From the IMG/VR virus record IMGVR_UViG_3300021375_000017, positions 28,002 to 92,001 of that record: a DNA stretch of 64,000 nucleotides. One strand, given 5' to 3'. The position numbers were made by a program, and so were the translations under genes. Numbering within the stretch: the stretch's first letter is position 1; each line of letters starts with the position of its first letter. The stretch is from a virus. Below are positions 18,061-28,815 of the stretch, piece by piece. The notes beneath the pieces were generated by a model. The model was not told the origin of the DNA and did not search any database. It was given only the letters and a program-made list of their open reading frames with translations.

Positions 18061-19533
18061 ATGTCGGATATGAGTAATCTGTACAGAGCTTATTCAGCTG
18101 TACACAGTTCTGAAGTTAGTGATCAGTTGAGTGAGTCTAGAGATCTCATTTCTGATATGCAGTTCAACCAACTGAACTCCTCTGATCTTCAGGAAGTTGC
18201 TGAAGAGATTCTGGAAGAGATGTTTGAACTTAGTCTTGATATTGAACAATCTTCTGATATCATTGCTGATATTTTGAGTGAGGCACTGAAGACCAGTCAG
18301 TCTGACCTCAAGTCACAAAAGATTGACTATATTGGAGAAGCATTTGATGCTGCTCTTGAGAATGGTCATACTGTAGAAAGATTCCTTGGTTATAGAAGGT
18401 CTAAGAAAGTTCAGGAGAACTTCCACAATACTTCCAACGAAGATCGTAGTAGTAAGAGACTTCACGAAGCCCTGATTGCTCAAGAGAGAAAGAACATCAA
18501 AGAAGGTATTCTTTCCCTGATTGAGAAGAAGACAAAAGATTCTTCTTACCTTGAGACCAACATGAAGAAGAGAGCGGAGAATAATGAGAAGGCCCGTAAG
18601 GACATGGAGAAGATGGGTTCAATGAAGAACCCCCAACTTGAAGAGTTCTCTCAAATCAGAAAAGATTGGAGTAGTGCCTACTCTTCCATCTATGAGAAGA
18701 TGGATCCTGTTGGTCAGGAAGATGGTGACATCGATAATGATGGTGATGAGGATAAGTCTGATAAGTATCTTGCTAATCGTCGTAAGGCCATTGGTAAGTC
18801 TATGGGTAAGAAAGGTAAGTGTGAGAAGTGTGGTAAAGATCCCTGTGAGTGTGATAAGAAAGAAGTAGAAGAAGGTTACAAGGAACTTCCTAAGAACAAG
18901 ATGTTCCGTAAGGCAGGTAACCTAGGACGTGAAGCGATCAGTACTCCTATTGATCCTGAGAAGCGTCAAAAGGCATATGATCGTTCTAAGAAAATCGTTA
19001 AGACTCTCAACAAAGCAAACGAAGAAGTCCAACAGGTTGATGAAGCAATCACCAGCGAAAAGGGTAAAGAAAAAATGAAGAAGATGATTGATGCTCGCAC
19101 CACTGATTCTGGTAGAGCAAAGCCAGGTAAAGGTCAAAACGTTAAAGACATTAGGCACATTGGTCGTGCTAATGTTGATGGGTATGGTGGTACACCTTCC
19201 AATCTAAAGGTTGCCAAGAACCCAGTAAAATCTAACTTCACTGGTCTCAATAGTGGAACCGGCAACAAAGCAGCAAAAAGAGCAGCAGCACTAAAGAAAG
19301 AAGAAGTAACATTCTCTGAAGCTGAACTGAAAGCCATTCAGACAAAGGTTGATGCATGGGATGTTGAAGAAGGTTATCAGCGTAATCCCGAGAAGGGAGA
19401 GGCTCAAGCAAGAAAGTCTGAAACTTCTGGTCAAAAGACAGAGAGAAATGTCCGTGATAGACTGAAGACTATGGATCCTAAGAAGGCTGAAGCAATGAAG
19501 AAACAGATGAGAGCTGTTGGTTTAAGTGTTTGA
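18061..19533 (+). CDS. large charged hypothetical protein, possibly virion-associated
   Basis: Long ORF after a late promoter; DGDIDNDGD motif; K/E-rich. Confidence 0.7.
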   Translation: MSDMSNLYRAYSAVHSSEVSDQLSESRDLISDMQFNQLNSSDLQEVAEEILEEMFELSLDIEQSSDIIADILSEALKTSQSDLKSQKIDYIGEAFDAALENGHTVERFLGYRRSKKVQENFHNTSNEDRSSKRLHEALIAQERKNIKEGILSLIEKKTKDSSYLETNMKKRAENNEKARKDMEKMGSMKNPQLEEFSQIRKDWSSAYSSIYEKMDPVGQEDGDIDNDGDEDKSDKYLANRRKAIGKSMGKKGKCEKCGKDPCECDKKEVEEGYKELPKNKMFRKAGNLGREAISTPIDPEKRQKAYDRSKKIVKTLNKANEEVQQVDEAITSEKGKEKMKKMIDARTTDSGRAKPGKGQNVKDIRHIGRANVDGYGGTPSNLKVAKNPVKSNFTGLNSGTGNKAAKRAAALKKEEVTFSEAELKAIQTKVDAWDVEEGYQRNPEKGEAQARKSETSGQKTERNVRDRLKTMDPKKAEAMKKQMRAVGLSV

Positions 19534-19548
19534 TATCTCGGAGTCCCG

Positions 19549-21582
19549 ATGAAAGACGTATTTAAATTTCTAAAGGACTCTAGAAAACTCCTGGAGTCCA
19601 CAACCTCTGAGAGGGCGGCTGAACTTGGTTACGAATATCGTGCCCGTGGAGTTTGGGGTGACCCAAGAACCAATAAGAGATATAGGACTGATGGTAATCG
19701 TTTCGTAGAGATTGACGAACCTAAAAAACAAGAAAGAGATCCTAAGGAAAAGGAACCCAAAACACTTTCCCAATTCAAGAAAGATGTTCCTCAACAGAAA
19801 CAACCTGAAGAGGAAGTACCTTCTGTTGCAAATCAGATGGATAGAGTTGTTCCTGGTGGACCAACTGAAACTGCAATAAGTTCAGGTGACCAGAAGACTG
19901 TTGAAAAACAACTCTCTCGTGGTAGAGAGAATGTTCAAAGTCCTGAGAGAAAGAAGCAAGTTGCTCAACAAGCATCTGATATTATTGCACAGTTACAAGC
20001 AGAGAAAGAGGCCGAAGAGAAGGCTGAACTGGAGGCAGAAGCACAGGCTCAGGCAGAATTAGAAAATCAAGAACCAGTAGAACCAGAAAAAGGTCCAGAG
20101 GATTTTAGGACTATTGATGATGTAGTTGCAGAGAAAGAAGAAGAGATTGACTATAATGATGATGAAGAAGCCTTTGAACAAGAGTATGAAGCATATGAAA
20201 AAGAAGCAGCAGAGATGATGAAGTCTCTGACTGACCGTCAAAAAAAGATGATGGAGAAAAAGTTTGCTTCTTTCACAGAAAGTTTGAAGAAGATTCCTTC
20301 TGCAACAGATAAGAAATCATTCCTTCAGTCAATGGCTCATGCAAAGTCATTTGAAGGTCGTGTGAATGCTGGTGCTGGTAAGAATAACCTTGGTTATGCT
20401 GACATTCAGAACTTAATGGCCAATCGTGATCGTTTATTGGAAGGTTATGGTGATGGATCTCCAGAACAAATCAAAAAGTTTGTACAATCTGTAAGAGCTA
20501 TTAAGGTATCTGATGAATTTGTAGATGCTTCTTTTGAAGTTCTTCCTGATGCGTTCAAAAAATCACTAAGTGGTAAGGGTCAAGTAACAACTGACAAGTA
20601 TGTGTCTGACGATAAGGCACATAAAGATATGCATTATCTTGGTAGAAATGAAGATGGTACTGCCAGAAGAGGTCCTGCTAGTAATAAAGACAGAGCAAAG
20701 TTGATGTGGAGAATCTACCTAGAACAGGGTGGACGTGATGCATACACAGGTCTTCCTCTAGACCTCCAAGCCATGGACCTAGAACATGTTCGTGGGTTCA
20801 ACAATAAAGATGGTGGAAAACCTGGTAAGGTAGAGTGGGAACAAAGAGAGAATGATGATAACATGACTCTTATTAATTCCAATGTCAACCAACAGAAGGT
20901 AGACCTTTCAATGGAGGAATTCTTTAAGAAGAAGGTTGACCCTAATAAGGACAAAGGAGAAGCTGACTTTGGTGGTATTGAAAAACTATTTGACAAACAA
21001 AACCAGATTGGTACTGTTGGAGATGAGTTAGCACAAACACTTCTTGGTGAAGGTGGTAAGGGATTGGCCGAGGGTGTATCAAGAGAAATTCTTGATGAAC
21101 ACTTTGCATCTGATGACAATAGTTACAATAGTCTGAGAGAAGAGTTCCGTAAGGTAGCAACTACACCAAAAGATAAGGCAAAGGCTGCTGGTATGAAGTC
21201 TAAACTTGGTAAGACACTTCTTAAAGCAACTGGTCTTGCTCGTGGTATTACTGATAAGAGTGGTAGAAGAACTGTTGCACTACAAGAAAATGTATATCGT
21301 GGTTTCTTGAAGTCCATGGCAAATGCAAAACCTGCAGACCGTCAAAAATATATGGATGGTTGGGCAGAGGCTATCAAACAGGGTAATGAGGAGAGAGAAC
21401 CAAAGGCAGTTAACCGTAAGTTACTTGAACTTGGTTTGATTGATGAGGACATCCTGAATGATAAGAAATTAGGTAAAGTTTTTAAAGAAGAATACGATGA
21501 AACTAGGAGAACATCTAAAACATATGGTAGGATGTTTATATCCAAGTACCACAAGGATAATAAATACTTCTATGGAATCTGA
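19549..21582 (+). CDS. large protein with a C-terminal HNH-like nuclease motif
   Basis: YLEQGGRDAYTG...DLEHV...N..LINSNVN. Confidence 0.6.
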   Translation: MKDVFKFLKDSRKLLESTTSERAAELGYEYRARGVWGDPRTNKRYRTDGNRFVEIDEPKKQERDPKEKEPKTLSQFKKDVPQQKQPEEEVPSVANQMDRVVPGGPTETAISSGDQKTVEKQLSRGRENVQSPERKKQVAQQASDIIAQLQAEKEAEEKAELEAEAQAQAELENQEPVEPEKGPEDFRTIDDVVAEKEEEIDYNDDEEAFEQEYEAYEKEAAEMMKSLTDRQKKMMEKKFASFTESLKKIPSATDKKSFLQSMAHAKSFEGRVNAGAGKNNLGYADIQNLMANRDRLLEGYGDGSPEQIKKFVQSVRAIKVSDEFVDASFEVLPDAFKKSLSGKGQVTTDKYVSDDKAHKDMHYLGRNEDGTARRGPASNKDRAKLMWRIYLEQGGRDAYTGLPLDLQAMDLEHVRGFNNKDGGKPGKVEWEQRENDDNMTLINSNVNQQKVDLSMEEFFKKKVDPNKDKGEADFGGIEKLFDKQNQIGTVGDELAQTLLGEGGKGLAEGVSREILDEHFASDDNSYNSLREEFRKVATTPKDKAKAAGMKSKLGKTLLKATGLARGITDKSGRRTVALQENVYRGFLKSMANAKPADRQKYMDGWAEAIKQGNEEREPKAVNRKLLELGLIDEDILNDKKLGKVFKEEYDETRRTSKTYGRMFISKYHKDNKYFYGI

Positions 21583-21588
21583 TAAAAG

Positions 21589-22854
21589 ATGAAAAGTTTC
21601 TTTAGATTTATTACAGAAGCAAGAAGTACACCTGTATCTGAGAAGGCCAAGAAGCTTGGTTTAGTCAGTGATGGTAGTGGTGGATGGAAAGATAGAGCAG
21701 GTAAGACTGTTGCGAGAACAGTTGGTGGTGAACTTAAGTTTACTGATAGAGGAACATCATCAGTTCAGTCTGATGGTGGTCAACAACCCGTAGCACAACA
21801 GAGACAAGAAGTTCCTCAACAAAAGAGAGCGTCAACTGAAGAACCTACTGAGAGAAGAAGTGGTGGTGATGATGAGGAAGAAGGTGGAGATGGTAAAAGG
21901 ACTGGAGAAAATGCAACCCTAGTATTTGGTAGATTTAATCCCCCAACTGTAGGACATAAGAAACTTCTTGATGCAGCTCTTCAGATTTCAGGTGATGGTG
22001 ACCTGAGAATTTATCCTTCCAGATCGGTTGATCCTAAGAAAAATCCTTTAGAGACTGGTCAGAAGACAGAACTCATGAAGAAGATGTTCCCCGATCATAG
22101 TGATAATATTATTAATGATGAGAGTATCAAAACTATATTTGATGCATTGAAGTTGGCAAGTAATGATGGATTCTCAAATGTAAAAATTGTTGTAGGTTCT
22201 GATCGTGTTGCTGAGTTTGACAATCTAGCTCAGAAATACAATGGTAAACTATATGACTTTGAAGAGATTGAAACTATCTCTGCTGGAGAAAGAGATGAAG
22301 ATGCAGAAGGTGTTTCTGGAATGTCTGCCTCTAAGATGAGAAAGGCTGCAACAGAGAATGACTTTGAGACATTCAGAAAAGGTATTCCTGATACTTTGGA
22401 TGATACTGCAACAAAACAGATGATGAATACTGTTCGTAAAGCAATGCAGGTTCAGACAGAATCTTGGAGTCTATGGGAAATTGCTCCTAAGTTTGACTGG
22501 AAGAACTTGAGAGAGAACTATGTAACTGGTAAGATCTTTAAGATTAATCAGTTGGTAGAGAATTTGAATACAGGATTTGTAGGTAAGATTGTTCGTAGAG
22601 GAACTAACTATCTTATTTGTGTGACAGAAGATAATATTATGTTTAAGTCCTGGATCCGTGATCTCCGTGAATATGAAGAGAAGAAACCTGATACCCGTGT
22701 TGGAAGTCCTGGTTACTTTAAGTATGCTGCCAAGATGACACCTGGTTTTGATAAAGGAGATAAGACCAATCTTCAACCTGGCGGAAAACCTTACAAAGGC
22801 CCTAAGACAAATATCAAGGAATTCATAAATAGATACAAAAGTAGAAATCTCTGA
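21589..22854 (+). CDS. cytidylyltransferase-like nucleotidyltransferase
   Basis: FGRFNPPTVGH, VVGSDR, MSASKMR. Confidence 0.85.
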   Translation: MKSFFRFITEARSTPVSEKAKKLGLVSDGSGGWKDRAGKTVARTVGGELKFTDRGTSSVQSDGGQQPVAQQRQEVPQQKRASTEEPTERRSGGDDEEEGGDGKRTGENATLVFGRFNPPTVGHKKLLDAALQISGDGDLRIYPSRSVDPKKNPLETGQKTELMKKMFPDHSDNIINDESIKTIFDALKLASNDGFSNVKIVVGSDRVAEFDNLAQKYNGKLYDFEEIETISAGERDEDAEGVSGMSASKMRKAATENDFETFRKGIPDTLDDTATKQMMNTVRKAMQVQTESWSLWEIAPKFDWKNLRENYVTGKIFKINQLVENLNTGFVGKIVRRGTNYLICVTEDNIMFKSWIRDLREYEEKKPDTRVGSPGYFKYAAKMTPGFDKGDKTNLQPGGKPYKGPKTNIKEFINRYKSRNL

Positions 22855-22859
22855 GATTC

Positions 22860-23402
22860 ATGAAAAGGAAAAATAAATTCTCGGATTGGAGAGAAGACCT
22901 GATTGAAGTTGCTGGTATTCCTGAACAGGAACCAAAGACTGATACTGATTCTGAGAAAGAGATTACTGAGAAGAAGATAAAGAATAAGATTGTAATTAAT
23001 CCCTCAATGAAGGAAGCCTTTGAAGAAATTGGTGGTACACTTCTTGAAGTTACAGAACTTGATGAGAAGATGGACATGAAGAAGGCTGATATGGGAGATG
23101 TCATTGACGACTTCTATAAGTCTGATGCTCCTCAGTTCAAAGGTAAGTCAAAGAAAAAAAGACGTGAGATGGCCATTGCAGCCAAGTTGAATACTGAAGC
23201 CATGAGTGTAGTTGATCAGATGAAAGCATCTGCAGAGTATTGGAAAAAGAATCCTCGTAAGGATTACAAAGCTGGTGATGGTGTCAAGAGAAATGAACGT
23301 GACGCTAGAGTCAATGCAGCAAGAAAGCCTAAAGATACAAGAACTTCACAACAAAGGATGAATGATGCTGTTGGAAAATCACGTGTAGGAGAGAGTGATT
23401 GA
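22860..23402 (+). CDS. hypothetical protein
   Basis: ORF; DF..SDAPQFKGKSK.KRR.MAIAA module. Confidence 0.7.
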   Translation: MKRKNKFSDWREDLIEVAGIPEQEPKTDTDSEKEITEKKIKNKIVINPSMKEAFEEIGGTLLEVTELDEKMDMKKADMGDVIDDFYKSDAPQFKGKSKKKRREMAIAAKLNTEAMSVVDQMKASAEYWKKNPRKDYKAGDGVKRNERDARVNAARKPKDTRTSQQRMNDAVGKSRVGESD

Positions 23403-23435
23403 TATATAGAGTATAGATACCCAATGAGGTTTATC

Positions 23436-23636
23436 ATGCTCACATTCCTACTCCCACTTGCATCCAAAATTATTTCTGATGCTGTCAACAAAATTCCAGA
23501 AAATGAAGAACTGGGTGAGAAACTTGTTGAGATCTGTCTTGCTATTCTTTCTAAGGCAGTTAAGTTGACCAAGACTGATATGGATGACCAACTTCTTGAA
23601 GTTGTAACCAAGGCAATTAAGAACAGAGAAGAGTAA
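23436..23636 (+). CDS. conserved small hypothetical protein
   Basis: GAGG RBS; T.TDMDD.L motif. Confidence 0.65.
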   Translation: MLTFLLPLASKIISDAVNKIPENEELGEKLVEICLAILSKAVKLTKTDMDDQLLEVVTKAIKNREE

Positions 23637-23704
23637 AAACCTGAGATATAGTCTCTCTAGTTTTTATAAATATTTCTATCTAACAAAGTTTATTAGGAAA
23701 AGAC

Positions 23705-24463
23705 ATGGCACTTTGGGGAAATAATGACAATGTAGATAGCGTAGGTGCTGTCGTCCTAGATTATGATACTGGTGTTGTTACTGGAACCGGTACTTCTTTT
23801 GGCCAGACCGGATCTGCTCAAGAGGGTGATGTACTCCGTTTTGGCACTAAGGCAACTACTTACTTTGGTGATGCAGTAATCGTTTCGATTGCATCTACCG
23901 TCCAATGTACTATTGGTTCTACTGCAGGTCTTTCTGGTGCCGCTATTGCCGGTGTACAGTTCGGAGTATCACAACTTCCAAAATATACTATTCTTGACAA
24001 TACATACAGTGAAACAAGAGCAGAAAATACATCTTTACTTGCAATTGTAAATACTTCGACCAGTACTATAGCAGTTGGTGGAACCACATTGATTCCTGTA
24101 ACTTCTGCTGAGGGAATCATTGTCGGAGATAGTCTTGAGGGTCCAACGTTCTCATCAACTTTAATTTCTGTTGTAGCTGATACACAACTGACTCTTGCAA
24201 GTGCTATTGGTGCAGGTGCTACCGTTAGTGCTGGTGCTGCACTCACAGTCAGTAGAGCACAAGGTGGGTATGATGCATTTGTTTACGGTACTAATGAAGT
24301 TTCGACTGAAGCTGAAACAGGTACTCAATATGAACTAACTCATGGTGGTTGGGTTGGTGTTACAACTTATACTGATAATGAAGGTAATTTGAGAGTTAAG
24401 AAAGAAACTCTGGTCGCAATGTCTGGTATTACCACAGGCGGAACAGACTACCACACTCCCTGA
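23705..24463 (+). CDS. probable virion structural protein
   Basis: MALWG start, G/T/S-rich, HGGWVG...RVK.E.LVAM; late promoter TATAAATA at 23665. Confidence 0.7.
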   Translation: MALWGNNDNVDSVGAVVLDYDTGVVTGTGTSFGQTGSAQEGDVLRFGTKATTYFGDAVIVSIASTVQCTIGSTAGLSGAAIAGVQFGVSQLPKYTILDNTYSETRAENTSLLAIVNTSTSTIAVGGTTLIPVTSAEGIIVGDSLEGPTFSSTLISVVADTQLTLASAIGAGATVSAGAALTVSRAQGGYDAFVYGTNEVSTEAETGTQYELTHGGWVGVTTYTDNEGNLRVKKETLVAMSGITTGGTDYHTP

Positions 24464-24469
24464 TAAGTA

Positions 24470-24862
24470 ATGATTTTCAATGAATTGAACGAAGGGAATT
24501 TCCTTCTCTTTGCTATTAAATATTATGAAAATCCTCAGGCCTTAACAAAGGAGGATTTTAATAAAGACTTGAATCACTTCAAGTATATTAAGAGACTCCT
24601 GAAAAGATATAAGAATAGCGGTGAACTAAAGATACACTTACTGATAAATCACTTTATCATATTGTATAATATCTTTGGTGATGCCGCTACTCCTATGTTG
24701 TTTTATAAAATTGAAAAAGATCTGTGGACAACTGTAAAAACATTCATTGTTTTTATGGACAAACTACCTGAGTATCCTCATACTTATATTCATGATATTG
24801 AGATGGATCAAACATGCCTAGAAGAACTGGAGCGAGTTACCAATGGACAAGGACAAGATTGA
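24470..24862 (+). CDS. conserved T4-like hypothetical protein
   Basis: NF.LFA.K.Y.NP...F..DL..FKYIKRL. Confidence 0.75.
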   Translation: MIFNELNEGNFLLFAIKYYENPQALTKEDFNKDLNHFKYIKRLLKRYKNSGELKIHLLINHFIILYNIFGDAATPMLFYKIEKDLWTTVKTFIVFMDKLPEYPHTYIHDIEMDQTCLEELERVTNGQGQD

Positions 24863-25166
24863 TAAGTTTGTAGATGCATTTCGTTCAGCAATGTATAATG
24901 AGTTCAGTGTCAATGAGGAAGGCATGGTGGCAAATCCTCCTGGGGGATCTGGTGGATTTAGTGGTTCCTCCGCTGCTGCTGGTCCTACTGCTGGTTACGA
25001 CCCCGTTATGAAATTGGATGGTAGAAATAAGTATGTTAGAAAGGCTATCAAAGATTTGATGGATAGGAAACAGAAGAGAGTAGATAAGAAGGCTAAGAAA
25101 AAAGCATTAGAATTTAACCCATACTTCAAACCCTTCAATGGATCAGGTAAAGGTAGCTCTAATTGA
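24843..25166 (+). CDS. hypothetical protein
   Basis: Overlapping ORF in the operon. Confidence 0.65.
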   Translation: MDKDKIDKFVDAFRSAMYNEFSVNEEGMVANPPGGSGGFSGSSAAAGPTAGYDPVMKLDGRNKYVRKAIKDLMDRKQKRVDKKAKKKALEFNPYFKPFNGSGKGSSN

Positions 25167-25509
25167 GCAAAAATTAGATGATCTTAAACCTATCATCGTC
25201 AAATTGGACAAAGCAATTGAGAAATTATCTGAGGTAAATATATCAGTTAGCAGGATGCTTGCTGTCCATGAAGAGCGAATATCAAAACAAGAAGAGATTG
25301 ACATTGTACTCTTTGCAAAAATTGACAAACTCCGTGATAAAATGGACGCAGATCATGACAGTGTGCTGCAAAGACTACGTGGACTAGAGAAACGTGTCTG
25401 GATGGCAGTTGGTGGATTGGCAGTACTGTCATTCATCGTATCACCAATGATGCAGAACATGTTGACACCACTACCCATACCCACTACAATGGTAAGAGGT
25501 TCTTCCTGA
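25138..25509 (+). CDS. coiled-coil protein with a C-terminal transmembrane helix
   Basis: LAVHEERI; W..VGGLAVLSFIV hydrophobic segment. Confidence 0.65.
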   Translation: MDQVKVALIEQKLDDLKPIIVKLDKAIEKLSEVNISVSRMLAVHEERISKQEEIDIVLFAKIDKLRDKMDADHDSVLQRLRGLEKRVWMAVGGLAVLSFIVSPMMQNMLTPLPIPTTMVRGSS

Positions 25510-25515
25510 TGACTA

Positions 25516-26505
25516 ATGGATTTTATTGATGTCAAATATATTCAACTTATATCATCAAGACTCCAGAAGTTCAAGAAGATAAAACCAAACCTGTATAACT
25601 GTCGTTGTCCTATCTGTGGGGACTCCCAGAAGGATAAGAAGAAGGCTAGAGGGTACTTCTACCGTATTAAGAATAATACCAACTACAAGTGTCATAACTG
25701 TGGGTTGAACATATCATTCAATAACTTCCTGAAACAGTTTGATGAACCTACTCATAAAGAATATATCTTTGAAAAGTTTAAAGGTAATCATACCGGGAAG
25801 AATTATCCAGTAGAACAACCAAAAGATATCTTTAAAAGGGTTGAGAGTTCTAAACCAACCTTTAAGAAAAAGGTAAAGATTGACTTACCTAATGCCTTTG
25901 ATGTTAATGTGTCAAAAGAGTATCTCCATAACAGAGCCATCTTTGATGGAAATTTTTACTATGCAGAAAACTTTCAGGTGTTTGTAAATACTCTGAAACC
26001 AGGGTCATTTACAAATACCAAATATGGTGAGAAAAGAATTGTGATTCCTCTTGTTAGGGATGACAAACTTATTGGTGTGCAGGGAAGAGCACTCTCCTCA
26101 AACCCTGTTAAATACTTAACCATTATGTTGGAAGAGGATGAACTCAAGGTGTATGGCCTTGATACAATTGACAAGGAGAATCCAATTTATGTCACAGAAG
26201 GACCATTTGACTCCACTTTCTTATCCAACGCTATTGCTATGTGTGGTAGTGATGTTGACCTCAGCACTATTGATTATCAATTCATATACGTCTATGACAA
26301 CGAACCAAGAAACAAACAAATCGTTGATCGAATCTCAAAACAAATTGATAGTGGGGAAAGGATAGTCATATGGCCATCTAACATTAAGGAGAAAGACATT
26401 AATGATATGATCCTATGTGGTCATAATGTGAAAGAGGTGGTAGAGAAGAACATCTATCAAGGATTAGAAGCAAAACTTAAGTTTACAACCTGGAAGAGAG
26501 TATGA
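25516..26505 (+). CDS. gp61: DNA primase
   Basis: CPICGDS...CHNC zinc finger; EGPFDS, DNEPRN, KDIND TOPRIM motifs. Confidence 0.96.
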   Translation: MDFIDVKYIQLISSRLQKFKKIKPNLYNCRCPICGDSQKDKKKARGYFYRIKNNTNYKCHNCGLNISFNNFLKQFDEPTHKEYIFEKFKGNHTGKNYPVEQPKDIFKRVESSKPTFKKKVKIDLPNAFDVNVSKEYLHNRAIFDGNFYYAENFQVFVNTLKPGSFTNTKYGEKRIVIPLVRDDKLIGVQGRALSSNPVKYLTIMLEEDELKVYGLDTIDKENPIYVTEGPFDSTFLSNAIAMCGSDVDLSTIDYQFIYVYDNEPRNKQIVDRISKQIDSGERIVIWPSNIKEKDINDMILCGHNVKEVVEKNIYQGLEAKLKFTTWKRV

Positions 26506-28802
26506 GCAACGGTATCAAGGTACAAAAAAGAAATGGTGATGTAGAGAAACTAGACCTGGACAAAATGCATCTCATGGTTGATGAGGCATGTAAAGATCTT
26601 GCAGGAGTCTCAGCATCACAGGTAGAGATGACATCTGGTATTCAGTTCTACGATGGTATTACTACTGATGAGATTCAAGATATTCTTATCCGTAGTGCCA
26701 GTGACCTGATTGATTTGGAACATCCAAACTATCAGTTCGTTGCTGCACGTCTTCTTCTATTCACTCTTCGTAAGCAAGTCTTTCAGAATAAGAAAGGTGA
26801 TGCTCCTGGGTTGAGGGAACATATTGAGAAGTGTGCATATAATGATCATTACGATAAACAGATTTTTGAAAAGTATTCTCTTGAAGAGATTGATAAGGTA
26901 AATACTTTTATCTACCATGATCGTGACATGTTGTTTACCTATGCTGGTCTTCGCCAGGTAGTTGACAAGTATCTGGTTCAAGATCGTAGTACTGGGGAAG
27001 TGTTTGAGACCCCTCAGTTCATGTATATCATGATTGCCCTTACCATCTTTCAGGATTACCCAAAGGAGACCCGTCTTGACTACGTCAAAAGATACTACAA
27101 CGCAATCTCCAAACATCGACTCAACATCCCCACACCAATCATGGCGGGAGTTAGAACACCACTTAGACAATTTGCTTCTTGTGTTCTTGTTGATGTTGAT
27201 GACTCCCTCGATTCTATCTTTAGCTCTGATATGGCTATTGGCAGATACGTTGCACAAAGGGCGGGTATCGGTATCAACGCAGGTAGAATCCGTGGCATCA
27301 ACGCTAAAATCAGAGGTGGAGAAGTGCAGCACACAGGTGTTGTTCCTTTCCTTAAAAAGTTTGAATCAACTGTACGATGCTGCACGCAAAATGGGATTCG
27401 TGGTGGATCAGCAACAGTCCACTTCCCCATCTGGCACCAAGAAATAGAAGATATTATTGTTCTCAAGAACAATAAGGGTACAGAAGACAACCGAGTGAGG
27501 AAACTTGACTACTCAATCCAAATTTCAAAGATTTTCTACGAACGTTTCATTGCGAATGGAGAGATTAGCTTATTCTCACCGCATGACGTACCGGGCTTGT
27601 ATGATTCCTTTGGTACTGATAGGTTCGATGACCTATATGTTGGTTTTGAACGAGATGAGTCTATTCCAAGAAAGACTATCGGAGCACAAGAACTCTTTCT
27701 AGATCTTCTGAAAGAGAGAGCAGAGACTGGTCGTATCTACATTATGAATATCGACCACTGTAATAGTCACTCTTCCTTCAAGGACAAGGTGAACATGAGT
27801 AACCTGTGTCAAGAGATTACACTTCCGACAGACCCTATCAATCACATTGATGATGTTGTTGGTGAGATTGCTTTATGTATTCTGTCTGCAGTTAATGTGG
27901 GCAAGATTCGTTCTGATGAGGAACTTGAAGATTTGTGTGATCTTTCAGTCCGTGGTTTAGAAGAACTGATAGACTATCAGGAGTATCCTGTAAGGGCCGC
28001 AGAGATAGCTACAAAGGCCCGTAGATCCCTTGGTGTAGGTTTCATTGGTCTTGCACACTATCTGGCTAAACTGGGGCATAATTACGACAGTCAAGAGGCA
28101 TGGGATGCCGTTCATCAACTCTCAGAATCCTTCCAGTATTATCTTTTGAAGTCTTCAAATGAACTTGCTAAAGAAAAAGGACATTGTGAATATTTTGGTA
28201 GAACGAAGTATGCAGACGGGATCCTTCCTATTGACACATACAAGAAGGACGTGGACGAAGTTTCATCACAGGAGTTACAGCATGATTGGGAGAGTCTACG
28301 ATCATCTATATCCACCCACGGACTTAGACACTCAACACTGTCTGCTCAGATGCCATCAGAAAGCAGTTCCGTTGTGTCAAACGCAACAAATGGAATTGAG
28401 CCACCTAGAGACTATCTGTCCATTAAGAAAAGCAAAAAGGGTCCGCTTAAGCAGATTGTTCCACAGTATGGTTCTCTTAAAAACAACTATACTCTTCTTT
28501 GGGACATGGCTTCTAATCGTGGTTATATCAATGTTGTAGCAGTGATGCAGAAGTTCTTTGACCAAGCCATCAGTGGTAACTGGTCTTATAACCCTGAGAA
28601 CTACCCTGATAATGAGGTTCCAGTCTCTGTAATGGCACAAGACTTCTTGACAACATACAAGTTGGGATGGAAGACTAGTTATTATCAGAATACATATGAT
28701 ATCAAGACTGATGAAGCACCAGAAGAAACTCCCGAACTTCAAAATCTCCTAAATGATATTATGGAGTCCGATGAGGACGATTGTGAAAGCTGTAAAATTT
28801 AG
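26502..28802 (+). CDS. nrdA: class Ia ribonucleotide reductase alpha subunit
   Basis: ATP cone, PTP.MAG, SNLCQE, C-terminal CESC. Confidence 0.98.
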   Translation: MSNGIKVQKRNGDVEKLDLDKMHLMVDEACKDLAGVSASQVEMTSGIQFYDGITTDEIQDILIRSASDLIDLEHPNYQFVAARLLLFTLRKQVFQNKKGDAPGLREHIEKCAYNDHYDKQIFEKYSLEEIDKVNTFIYHDRDMLFTYAGLRQVVDKYLVQDRSTGEVFETPQFMYIMIALTIFQDYPKETRLDYVKRYYNAISKHRLNIPTPIMAGVRTPLRQFASCVLVDVDDSLDSIFSSDMAIGRYVAQRAGIGINAGRIRGINAKIRGGEVQHTGVVPFLKKFESTVRCCTQNGIRGGSATVHFPIWHQEIEDIIVLKNNKGTEDNRVRKLDYSIQISKIFYERFIANGEISLFSPHDVPGLYDSFGTDRFDDLYVGFERDESIPRKTIGAQELFLDLLKERAETGRIYIMNIDHCNSHSSFKDKVNMSNLCQEITLPTDPINHIDDVVGEIALCILSAVNVGKIRSDEELEDLCDLSVRGLEELIDYQEYPVRAAEIATKARRSLGVGFIGLAHYLAKLGHNYDSQEAWDAVHQLSESFQYYLLKSSNELAKEKGHCEYFGRTKYADGILPIDTYKKDVDEVSSQELQHDWESLRSSISTHGLRHSTLSAQMPSESSSVVSNATNGIEPPRDYLSIKKSKKGPLKQIVPQYGSLKNNYTLLWDMASNRGYINVVAVMQKFFDQAISGNWSYNPENYPDNEVPVSVMAQDFLTTYKLGWKTSYYQNTYDIKTDEAPEETPELQNLLNDIMESDEDDCESCKI

Positions 28803-28815
28803 ACTAGAGGCGTAA

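Noticed and set aside
20700-20900. Cas9/CRISPR system suggested by the HNH motif
   Set aside because: No RuvC motifs, bridge helix, repeat-spacer array or cas1/cas2 are visible in the window.
26757-27490. Long antisense and alternative-frame ORFs inside nrdA (and similar ones in psbA, gp43 and pstS)
   Set aside because: Shadow ORFs arising from codon bias, with no motifs or RBS.
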